45,159 nt of DNA from a virus. Below, piece after piece: positions 1 through 8,036 of the stretch (position 1 is its first letter; every line of letters begins with the position of its first letter). The position numbers and the translations under genes were made by a program. The DNA lies in the IMG/VR virus record IMGVR_UViG_3300029197_000008; one strand, given 5' to 3'. The notes beneath the pieces are model-generated. The model saw nothing but the letters and a program-made list of their open reading frames with translations. It did no database searches and was not told the origin of the DNA.

Positions 1-165
1 ACCCTTTTATAAAGGTATGATCACCAATAGACTAGTTACTGTTCCTCTTGTTCCGGGACTTTATCTAGTTTCAACGTATCCTATATAGAATGAATTATGA
101 AATGGAGGTACATAAATAGCCGGTGCAAGCATAAGCCCTACATCAGTGCAGACAGGGGCGAAATA
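1..165. repeat. Terminal overlap copy 1 (identical to 44995-45159)
   Basis: Base-by-base identity read directly from the sequence. Either a circular-assembly overlap or terminal redundancy. Confidence 0.95.
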
Positions 166-278
166 TGCGATTGCTGTTGATGTTCGGAATGTCCAGTATG
201 TATTAGGCACAAGTGATGGATCAGCACTTGCCACTTCTGATGGTTCGATGCTGAGAGTGAAATAATAGAGGTGATTAT

Positions 279-701
279 ATGGCAGAATCATTAAAAACAA
301 TATTAATGTCGGCACTGGCTTCGAAAGCAACGCCGGCAGAAAGTGACACATTGATAGTTGGAGAAGGGAATGTATTAAAAAAAATATCGTTCTCACAATT
401 ATTTACATACCTGAAAGACAAGCTAGGCATTAATACATTAAACACGAAGATAACTTTTGTAAATCAAGTTTGTAAAGGTACTGGAGCAGGATATATCTAT
501 ATTAATCCACCAGATACTAACAATGATTATTACTTAATAGGAGCTACTAATGCGGACTGGAACGCTTGTCCAGTTAGTATAGTTGCTGTAAGTAGGCAAA
601 ATTCTACTCATATAGTGCATTTTACGGGTAACATTGAAAATGGTAAATCTGTTCGAATACTCAGTATGTGGACACAAGCTAAATATATAACTTTTAAATA
701 A
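279..701 (+). CDS. Small tail-fibre / receptor-binding protein, currently expressed isoform (constant aa 1-53 plus tip cassette 1, aa 54-140)
   Basis: SD GAGGTGA upstream of the ATG. The N-terminus (ATPAESDTLIVGEGNVLKKISFSQLFTYL) is paralogous to the N-terminus of ORF 44780-45082, directly downstream of the tail spike. The 16-nt recombination repeat starts exactly at codon 54. Confidence 0.7.
   Translation: MAESLKTILMSALASKATPAESDTLIVGEGNVLKKISFSQLFTYLKDKLGINTLNTKITFVNQVCKGTGAGYIYINPPDTNNDYYLIGATNADWNACPVSIVAVSRQNSTHIVHFTGNIENGKSVRILSMWTQAKYITFK
438..453 (+). repeat. Putative recombinase crossover site A (TTAAACACGAAGATAA)
   Basis: Perfect inverted copy at 1046-1061 and a 15/16 direct copy at 2183-2198. 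All three are codon-phased as L-N-T-K/N-I. Confidence 0.75.
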
Positions 702-710
702 TAATATAAT

Positions 711-1061
711 TTATGCTCGTATAAACATTAAATCTGCTATATAATTAGCTGCAATTATAAACCCAGAAGCAACAATGTCATAACCATTTGATGAAACGGA
801 TAATGCACCAATATATGCTTTGTAACCTTGTACAGTACCCATACCAATAACACCAATATTAGCATTAACCGTTGATACTTTTACAGGTAATGTCATAATC
901 ACTGTTCCTGACTGTATACCTGAATTATCAATAGAGTTAAATCCAATATGAAGATATAAAAAACTATCGTTATATATACAATATGTTTGCCCAGTTTGCA
1001 AATATCCGCCACCATTATATGTTTTTAATGTAACATTTTTATTATTTATCTTCGTGTTTAA
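711..1061 (-). other. Silent (start-less) tail-fibre tip cassette 2, 116 codons
   Basis: The open frame begins in phase at site B (LNTKINNKNV...) and lies tail-to-tail with cassette 1 (9-nt gap). It has no SD or start of its own at the junction. It shares a CIYN motif with cassette 4. Confidence 0.65.
1046..1061 (-). repeat. Putative crossover site B (reverse complement of site A, 16/16)
   Basis: Plus strand reads TTATCTTCGTGTTTAA. Confidence 0.75.
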
Positions 1062-1100
1062 CACACTCTTATCGTATAATTGAGGTAGGAGGTGTTTAAC

Positions 1101-2093
1101 ATGGATATAAGAAGAAATATCATACAATCGGTATTACAGATGTTGCACGGAAAAGTCGATACAGAAGTTATTGATACTGTTCAGGACGTACTTGTGATTC
1201 AACTTAATCAGTACGAGATTCAGGAACGCAGTACGAAACTGACGGTTTCTGACAACAGCTCAGAGGGATTGCTGAGACGCTACATTGCTACAAAACGTAT
1301 TGAAGGCAAAGCAGAATCAACTCTAAAAAGATATTGGGAACAGAATTTGAAACTGATTCAATTTATCCAAAAGCCACTTCATGAAATCATGATAGATGAT
1401 ATCAGGTTTTACATGGCTTATCGCAGACAGCAAGGTGGTATCAGCAACCGCACACTTGACGGTATGAGACGGTGCTATAGGACTTTCTTTTCTTGGCTCA
1501 CAGCAGAGGGATTGATTAACAGGAATCCATGTACTGCACTAAGTCAGATTAAAAGCCGAAAGCAGATAAAAAAACCGTATTCAGCGGTAGAGATGGAGTT
1601 AATCAGGAAATCATGCACTGACAAGCGTGATATTGCATTGGTAGAATTTTTGTATTCTACTGGGTGCCGTGTATCTGAGGTGTCTGGATTAGACATCATG
1701 GACATTGATACAAATACTGGCGAATGCGTTGTTATCGGTAAAGGCAATAAGGAACGCACAGTATATCTGACAGATGTGGCATTATTGCATCTCAGGATAT
1801 ATCTTGACAGCAGAAATGACAACAGTATAGCTTTATTTACCGGCAAAGGCTCAAATAGATTAACAAAAAGCGGAATAGAGAACCTATTAAAGCGAATTGG
1901 AAAAACAGCAGGTGTGACAAATGTTCATCCTCATCGCTTTAGGCGAACACTGGCAACTAATTTGCTTGATCGTGGAATGAATATTCAAGATGTTGCCATG
2001 ATACTAGGTCATGCAGACCTAAAAACAACTCAGATTTATTGTTTCATAAGTCAATGTAACGTAAAGAATGCATATCGCAAGTATGCAGCATAA
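1101..2093 (+). CDS. Tyrosine site-specific recombinase (XerC/D- or Rci-like); putative tail-fibre invertase
   Basis: SD AGGTAGGAGG 8 nt before ATG 1101. SAM-like N-domain. Catalytic signature GCRVSE ... HPHRFRRTLAT ... LGHADLKTTQIY. Sits between sites B and C. Confidence 0.9.
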   Translation: MDIRRNIIQSVLQMLHGKVDTEVIDTVQDVLVIQLNQYEIQERSTKLTVSDNSSEGLLRRYIATKRIEGKAESTLKRYWEQNLKLIQFIQKPLHEIMIDDIRFYMAYRRQQGGISNRTLDGMRRCYRTFFSWLTAEGLINRNPCTALSQIKSRKQIKKPYSAVEMELIRKSCTDKRDIALVEFLYSTGCRVSEVSGLDIMDIDTNTGECVVIGKGNKERTVYLTDVALLHLRIYLDSRNDNSIALFTGKGSNRLTKSGIENLLKRIGKTAGVTNVHPHRFRRTLATNLLDRGMNIQDVAMILGHADLKTTQIYCFISQCNVKNAYRKYAA

Positions 2094-2182
2094 CCATTAA
2101 CCGAAGTATTTGATACTCCGGGGATAACTCCGGAGTTTTTAGTATGCAATAAAAAAATTAAGAAAGGAAAAGAGATAGAAAA

Positions 2183-2198
2183 TTAAACACGAATATAA
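2183..2198 (+). repeat. Putative crossover site C (TTAAACACGAATATAA, 15/16)
   Basis: Direct orientation relative to site A and inverted relative to site B. In phase with the downstream cassette. Confidence 0.65.
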
Positions 2199-2494
2199 GT
2201 AATTTAATGCAAATATCATCTGATACAATTAAAGACATAGATGTTCCTGCGTCAGGATCTGTAATGATAACATTTACTAAATTCAAACCTAAAAGTGGTT
2301 ATAATAGGGTTGTTTTAGCTCATAGTTTTAATAATTCTTCTAACGGAGGTTCAAATTATTCTGGAATGTTTATATATAACACTACAGGAGTAACGGACGG
2401 AATACAAGTATTTATTCATAATGTATGGAATAGCAAAGGAAAGGTTAATTTATCATTAACTGTTGCATATATACAATCAAATTTCTTTAATTAA
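2183..2494 (+). other. Silent tail-fibre tip cassette 3 (103 aa, LNTNISNLMQISSD...)
   Basis: The frame is open only from 2162. Site C is in phase. No SD precedes the internal ATG at 2207. Confidence 0.55.
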
Positions 2495-2729
2495 TGCTAA
2501 TAAATCCGTCTTTTATATAGTTATTAATAGCATTGATGGTGCTAACTGCGCCTGTAACACTATTTGCACCTATTCCTAACAAAGTCTTTAAATTTACTCC
2601 ATTTGGAAATGTGGCTAGTAGAGTACCATTAGCAAGGCCATCAGGAATTGCTAAAGTTAAATGAGCAAATACTATATCATTATTGTATATGCAATATGCG
2701 CCGCCAAGTTTGTTGTGACTGTTTATGGC
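2487..2729 (-). other. Tip cassette 4, apparently fossil (no crossover site)
   Basis: Tail-to-tail with cassette 3 (8-nt overlap). INSHNKLGGAYCIYNN aligns with INNKN...TYCIYND of cassette 2. The expected LNTK site is replaced by unrelated sequence. Confidence 0.45.
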
Positions 2730-2779
2730 ATGCCAACGGCAACAGAATAAGGCAAGTAATAGCACTTTAGATGGAATGA

Positions 2780-3019
2780 GGAATAAAAAAGGCTCAGATC
2801 GAGCAGATTGTGAACCAGATAAGCGAGAGAGCAAATCTTGTAAGACAGCTGTATCCTCATCTTATCCGGCATACCACAGCCACAATGTCTCTTGAGCGTG
2901 GTATGGATGTTACGGAATTGCAAAAGATGTTAGGACATGAAAAATTAGACACGACTATGATTTATGCGAAGGTATCGCAAGAATCATTGAAATACAGTCA
3001 CCACAGATACGTGGTGTGA
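2780..3019 (+). pseudogene. C-terminal fragment (about 80 aa) of a second tyrosine recombinase
   Basis: YPHLIRHTTATMSLERGMDVTELQKMLGHEKLDTTMIYAKV aligns with the HxxR...GH...Y end of the intact recombinase (roughly 40-45 percent identity by eye). An in-frame stop at 2777 removes the N-terminal three quarters. Confidence 0.75.
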
Positions 3020-3031
3020 AAGGAGCACAAC

Positions 3032-4489
3032 ATGGAAATTAAAGGAATTGACGTATCATCGTGGCAAGGGAAACCGGATTGGGCAAAAGTATCAAAATCT
3101 GGAGTTAAGTTTGCAATATTAAGAATCAATCAGAAATCTGGAATTGACGAATCATTCGAACACAACTACAAGGGCTGTAAATCCAATGGAATTCTTATTG
3201 GTGGATATAAGTACAGCTATGCTTTAACATCGGCACAAGCTATCGAGGAAGCTGAGAACGTAATTTCTGTTCTTGGTGGACGTGGACTTGACTTTCCAGT
3301 ATTCTACGATCTGGAATGGGCACAGCAAAGAAGTCTCGGAAAACAGGCTATCGAGAATATTGCAGTAGCGTTTCTGACCAGAATCAAGAAAGCTGGTTAT
3401 AAGGCCGGTATCTACTGTAATCTGGACTGGTATAATAACGTTCTGTCAGATGCTTTGAAGCAGTATGATTGTTGGATTGCTCGTTATCCAGCGGATGATA
3501 ACGGCACTGTCCAAACACGACTGAAGCCATTGGCCGGTGTAGGCTGGCAGTATTCCAGCAAAGGAAAAGTTCCAGGAATCAGCGGAAATGTTGATATGGA
3601 TGTGTTCTACAAGGACTACAGAGATTCTAACCAGAAAGGAGAAACTAAAATGGTAAAAATCAGTAACTGCGGACATGATGAAAGAGGAAGATATGCAGGT
3701 GGGAAAGCAGGAGATCAGACTGGTACAGAATATCAGATCATGAACTGGTACAGTAGACCGTGGCTCTGTGTCCTAAGATTCAATGACGCCAAAATCGCAA
3801 CCATGATTGCAGACATGGCGACAAAAGCGGCACAGAACAATCTCATCGGATACGATCAGGGCACTGCCGGAAACAGCAATGACCGGTATTCGTTCTGGCG
3901 GCACTTAAAAGCAAGTAACTACGATCCGGCGCAGATCACAATAGCTTGTGAATCTGACTGTAGTGCAAGTACAGCTGCAATCGTTAAGGGTGCTGGATAT
4001 CGCCTAAATAATGCAAAACTGAAAGCAGTAAGCATCTATCTGACAACGCGAAACATGAGACAGGCATTGAAGAATGCAGGGGCAAAGGTACTGACAGATA
4101 AAAAATATCTGACTTCCGGCGATTATCTGAAAGCCGGAGACATTCTTCTGAATGACAGCCACCATGTAGCTATTGCAGTCACAAGCGGAAGCAAATCCAG
4201 CAATACTGCAAATAATACAACAACTACAATAACCACGAAAGGAGCCGGTTATATGTTTGAGCCAAAATTAGTAAAACTTGGAAGCGAAGGAACTTCTGTC
4301 CTGTTGCTTCAAGAGATTTTGATCGCAAGAGGATTTAAAGGAAAAAACGGGAAAGCACTGAGCTTATCCAGAAAAGCAGATGCAAATACCATTTATGCAT
4401 TAAAACAGTATCAGAAATCCAGAAACGGGGTTCTGAGCGTTGACGGGGAATGCGGAAAGAACACCTGGAAAGATTTGATTGCCATCTAA
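3032..4489 (+). CDS. Endolysin: GH25 muramidase N-domain plus C-terminal PG_binding_1-like domain
   Basis: GIDVSSWQG ... FAILR ... YDLEW GH25 motifs. C-terminal GSEGTSVLLLQEILIARGF...VDGECGKNTWKDL. SD AAAGGAG. Confidence 0.9.
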   Translation: MEIKGIDVSSWQGKPDWAKVSKSGVKFAILRINQKSGIDESFEHNYKGCKSNGILIGGYKYSYALTSAQAIEEAENVISVLGGRGLDFPVFYDLEWAQQRSLGKQAIENIAVAFLTRIKKAGYKAGIYCNLDWYNNVLSDALKQYDCWIARYPADDNGTVQTRLKPLAGVGWQYSSKGKVPGISGNVDMDVFYKDYRDSNQKGETKMVKISNCGHDERGRYAGGKAGDQTGTEYQIMNWYSRPWLCVLRFNDAKIATMIADMATKAAQNNLIGYDQGTAGNSNDRYSFWRHLKASNYDPAQITIACESDCSASTAAIVKGAGYRLNNAKLKAVSIYLTTRNMRQALKNAGAKVLTDKKYLTSGDYLKAGDILLNDSHHVAIAVTSGSKSSNTANNTTTTITTKGAGYMFEPKLVKLGSEGTSVLLLQEILIARGFKGKNGKALSLSRKADANTIYALKQYQKSRNGVLSVDGECGKNTWKDLIAI

Positions 4490-4528
4490 TAATTGGCTAA
4501 TGGCATTGCCACCTTTTTGTCGCTGATA

Positions 4529-4618
4529 GGAACAAAAGACAAAACCGACTGGTACTATATCCGCATTGCCGGAAAATATTTTGGATTTGTTTCTGCAAAA
4601 TACATCAAAAAAGTATAA
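4529..4618 (+). pseudogene. Remnant of an SH3b-type cell-wall-binding domain
   Basis: GTKDKTDWYYIRIAGKYFGFVSAKYIKKV lies in the same frame as the endolysin, directly after its TAA TAA double stop. Confidence 0.5.
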
Positions 4619-4622
4619 AATA

Positions 4623-4654
4623 TCCCGGGGTTAATTCCCCGGGAGTTTCTTTTT
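4623..4654. terminator. Rho-independent terminator between convergent endolysin and integrase genes
   Basis: 7-8 bp GC stem CCCGGGG/CCCCGGG, loop TTAATT, then TTTCTTTTT. Confidence 0.8.
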
Positions 4655-4706
4655 AAAATTAATGATAGCATCATTGCGCCAGCGAACTGGCACATAGAAG
4701 ATGTCA

Positions 4707-6281
4707 TTAATCATTTTTTTGAATTTTTGGGAAAATGTCTAGCTCAAAATTAATCTCGTTACCTTTGCCGTAAGTGTTTTTTATATTTTTCGAGTAGACG
4801 ACTTTTTCAACTAGATTCTTGAGCATTCTATTTCGTGATTCTATGTTAAGGTCCCAATAGTTATTAAGCAGCTCTTCACAACGCGGAATAAAATTCGACT
4901 GTTGTGCCTTAATATTCTCATCGTGTTCGATTTCTTCTCTTAATTTCGTAATAATATCAGAGCATGATTGGATAGACCTAGCTATGGTTTTGGAGCGTTC
5001 AAGGAAGACTTCTGTGGTGTAGATTCCGCGCTCAAGCAGATCGTATTGTTTTACTTTTTGGACATTTAAGCTTTCCAGCTCACTTTCTTTTTCGCGTATA
5101 AGATTTTGCTTAGATATTATACCGGAATTAATAGTATTAGACGGAGTATTAATATCATTGTTCAGTTTATACTTCTCTGCTATTTCTTTGATTCCATCAA
5201 GTACAGCTTTTTCAACCAGAGATAATTTGCTACTCACTGTAGGGCAAGACGTATATGGACACATAAGAGTATCTTCCTGTCCGCGTTTTTGATGAGGGCG
5301 GCGAACCATGGCACGACCACACTTGCTGCAATAGACAATTCCGGCAAGCGGATTGCGAACTGTGTTTTTTATGCTAATCGGACGGGGTGGGTTCTTTTGA
5401 CGTATCTCTTGCACAGAATTATACAGATCGTCTGATATAATAGACGGATGCAATCCCTCACAGATAAGGACATTCCTGGACCGTGGGCGTGTCTTGACTA
5501 CTTGACCATTCTGTATAGTCTTTACTGTTTTTCGACCATTCCACCGGATTTTTCCTATATACACCGGATTTGTTAGAATTCCCTGTATGCTGGCAGGAGT
5601 CCAGTCACCACCTAGCGCAGATTTTATTCCCATGTCGTTTAATTTCCGTACAATCTTCGCAACTCCAATTTGCTCACAACCATCACCGGCATACCAGGTG
5701 TATATCATATTTACGATCTCGGCTTGAGCCGGAACAGGTCTGAGGGTATAACCTTTTTCTTTTTCGAGTTTTACTCTTTCGTATCCGTAAGGTGGTTTGT
5801 TGCCACAGTATTTTCCCTCTTTGACCGATGAGATTCTACCATTATTCAATCGGCGCTTGATGGTCTTATATTCACGTCTGGACATAAAAAGTCCAAATTC
5901 GAAGTATTCTTCATCAAATTCATTGTTCGGATCATATATTTTTGTAGGGGTAATAATCTTCGTGTCAGAGTATTGAAAAGCTCTGGACACAACACCTTGG
6001 TCGATGGTGTCACCTCTGGCAAGACGCTCTACTTCGACAACCAAAACACCGTCCCACATGCCGGATTCTACTTCGTGAAGGAGTTGCTGCATGACAGGGC
6101 GGTCGGCGATAGTTTCTCCAGATACCACTTCGCGGTAAATTGCGCCCACAATGTACTCTTTTTTCTTTGCGAAATCTAACAGAATCCGCTGATGTCTGGC
6201 GAGTGTTTCGCCCTCTCCATGTGCTTCAGCTTCCCGATCGGCTCTGGATTTCCTTAAATAGATGCATACTGATTCATTCAT
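4707..6281 (-). CDS. int: Large serine recombinase (phage integrase)
   Basis: N-terminal resolvase domain (IYLRKSRAD catalytic Ser), recombinase domain, zinc ribbon CSKCGRAM...CPYTSCP, C-terminal coiled coil. Confidence 0.92.
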   Translation of the reverse strand: MNESVCIYLRKSRADREAEAHGEGETLARHQRILLDFAKKKEYIVGAIYREVVSGETIADRPVMQQLLHEVESGMWDGVLVVEVERLARGDTIDQGVVSRAFQYSDTKIITPTKIYDPNNEFDEEYFEFGLFMSRREYKTIKRRLNNGRISSVKEGKYCGNKPPYGYERVKLEKEKGYTLRPVPAQAEIVNMIYTWYAGDGCEQIGVAKIVRKLNDMGIKSALGGDWTPASIQGILTNPVYIGKIRWNGRKTVKTIQNGQVVKTRPRSRNVLICEGLHPSIISDDLYNSVQEIRQKNPPRPISIKNTVRNPLAGIVYCSKCGRAMVRRPHQKRGQEDTLMCPYTSCPTVSSKLSLVEKAVLDGIKEIAEKYKLNNDINTPSNTINSGIISKQNLIREKESELESLNVQKVKQYDLLERGIYTTEVFLERSKTIARSIQSCSDIITKLREEIEHDENIKAQQSNFIPRCEELLNNYWDLNIESRNRMLKNLVEKVVYSKNIKNTYGKGNEINFELDIFPKIQKND

Positions 6282-6375
6282 TTCATCATTCTCCTTTTTT
6301 ACACTTGTACGGCAATCCCGGAGATGATATACTTAATGTGTAGGTAAGATTATCACCGAGATTGTCTTATTTTTC

Positions 6376-6417
6376 AAAAAACCGGTTCCCGTTGGTAGCA
6401 GGAGCCGGTTCTTTTTA
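6376..6417. terminator. Bidirectional terminator downstream of the SHOCT-protein gene
   Basis: 10-bp stem AACCGGTTCC/GGAGCCGGTT (one G-U pair) flanked by T-runs on both strands. Confidence 0.75.
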
Positions 6418-7311
6418 TAAAAGTTCTGATTTTTTCTGGTCAAATTCTTCTTGAGTAATAATACCGCTATCTAAAAGCTCTTTGTAATCCTTCAGTAGTT
6501 CAACGGATGTTTTCTGATTTCGAACATTTTCAACAGCATCAGAGCTTTTGGAAATATTGAAGCTCTTTAACTGCATATCTATATTTGAACTACAGCGGAA
6601 TCCAATAATATTTATTTGATTGGTTTCGATATTCCGCATTTTCATAGATGCATAAGAATCCACTTCAATGTTATCACTTGTTGTGGTAGCAGTTCCAGTA
6701 GTAGTGGAATTATTCTTTCCTTTAGTTTTCTTTCCGGTTCCAACAGCTGCACCGACAGCTGCGCCGACAACAGGGTTTCCAAGCGTGACAGCTGTAGCAG
6801 CCGTACCAATAACAGCACCAGCTAATCTTCCTTTTCGTTTTGTTTTTTCTTTACTTTTCCCTTTAGTGTGAGATGTTGTAGTTGTCTTTTCTACTGTTCT
6901 GTATTCCGGCCCGTTCCATTCATAGTCGAAAAGTTCATATTTGGTTGGAGCATCTGACACTGTAACAGATCCATCTTTCCATTGCTTCAAATCAAATCTT
7001 GTGTGTTTGGAACCAAGCTCAAAATCCTCCTTACCGGATATAACTCTCAGATTCAATACTCGAACAGGTTTTTCTACAACCGCCGGCTGGGTTGCTACGG
7101 AATTATTTGATATTGCAGGTTTTTGAACCTTATTTTTAATAGACAGCAAAAGTGCAAAAATAAGATACAAAACAGCAATTCCAAATACCTCAAGTACAAC
7201 AACGACCATAATATTGTCTGATGAAAGATCGTTTGAACTCATCAAGGCCACAATCATTAATACAATTAATGCGGTCCAAACGATCATCAACACATTTCGT
7301 ATTTTTTTCAT
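6415..7311 (-). CDS. Membrane protein with Thr/Gly/Lys-rich linker and C-terminal SHOCT-like motif
   Basis: Two N-terminal TM helices. C-terminus is LLKDYKELLDSGIITQEEFDQKKSELL. ATG 7311 is preferred (SD AAGGGGG) over the track GTG at 7329. Lies 20 nt downstream of the LytTR gene. Confidence 0.6.
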   Translation of the reverse strand: MKKIRNVLMIVWTALIVLMIVALMSSNDLSSDNIMVVVVLEVFGIAVLYLIFALLLSIKNKVQKPAISNNSVATQPAVVEKPVRVLNLRVISGKEDFELGSKHTRFDLKQWKDGSVTVSDAPTKYELFDYEWNGPEYRTVEKTTTTSHTKGKSKEKTKRKGRLAGAVIGTAATAVTLGNPVVGAAVGAAVGTGKKTKGKNNSTTTGTATTTSDNIEVDSYASMKMRNIETNQINIIGFRCSSNIDMQLKSFNISKSSDAVENVRNQKTSVELLKDYKELLDSGIITQEEFDQKKSELL

Positions 7312-7331
7312 ATTTCCCCCTTTTGACACGA

Positions 7332-8036
7332 TTACTCAAAATTCTCGATATAATTCTTATATAGATTCCTTATTTTGGCAGCCTCCCTCTGCCTGATTGG
7401 AACAATATCCCCCGATATCATCTCAAAATGATCTGATGCATCTTTAATTTCGTCCATGTTGACGATATAACTTTGATGGCAACGGAGAAATCTTCCATCA
7501 AGATGCGGCTCTATATCTGACAGCTTTCCACGTGCTACATGTATAACGCCGCAAGTACAGTGGACGAGAATTGATTTATTTCGGCTTTCTATGTATTCGA
7601 TGTGACGGAATTCTACCCGATGTAAGTGATCTCGGTTTTTGATAGTCAAGGCTTTCTCACGGATATCTTCCAATGTGTGTGCTACGACAGAATACATGCG
7701 TCCATGCTCAGAGCCTTTGATGATGTAATGCACTGGCAAGACGTCCAATGCGTCAAATACATAGTTTTTGTATGCTGTCCAGAAGGCAATGTTGCCATTA
7801 TATCCATTTTTCCTGAGCTGTCTTGCAACATTTATGCCATTCTCATTATCAAGGACCACATCCAACACGACTATATCGTACCATTGACCGTCTGCTATAT
7901 CATCAATCAGCGGCTTTCCACTACTATAAGCGTTTAGCGTGTAACTCTTGTCTCCGCGCTTTTTCAAAAACTCATCAACATGAGCCTTAAAAAAATCAAT
8001 CTGTAAAGAATTATCGTCACAAATCGCAATTTTCAT
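7332..8036 (-). CDS. LytTR-family response regulator (AgrA/ComE-like), orphan
   Basis: Receiver domain (DD at aa 7-8, VVLD59V) plus LytTR domain (FLRCHQSYIVNMDEI, IPIRQRE). SD AAAGGA. Confidence 0.85.
   Translation of the reverse strand: MKIAICDDNSLQIDFFKAHVDEFLKKRGDKSYTLNAYSSGKPLIDDIADGQWYDIVVLDVVLDNENGINVARQLRKNGYNGNIAFWTAYKNYVFDALDVLPVHYIIKGSEHGRMYSVVAHTLEDIREKALTIKNRDHLHRVEFRHIEYIESRNKSILVHCTCGVIHVARGKLSDIEPHLDGRFLRCHQSYIVNMDEIKDASDHFEMISGDIVPIRQREAAKIRNLYKNYIENFE

Noticed and set aside
14-281. Imperfect inverted repeat GGTATGATCACC (14-25) / GGTGATTATATG (270-281) as a second invertible segment
   Set aside because: The core matches only 9/10, which is expected by chance at this search size. 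One arm is simply the SD of gene 279. The predicted fusion frame gives a 45-aa junk peptide rather than the long antisense ORF.
61-396. 111-aa minus-strand ORF from the track
   Set aside because: The 5' half is antisense to the start of gene 279, and no site or start is present. Only the 3' part (61 to about 262) is discussed, as a possible fossil cassette.
4490-4500. TAATTGGCTAA shared between the endolysin stop region and 29965-29975
   Set aside because: An 11-mer repeat is expected many times by chance in 45 kb.
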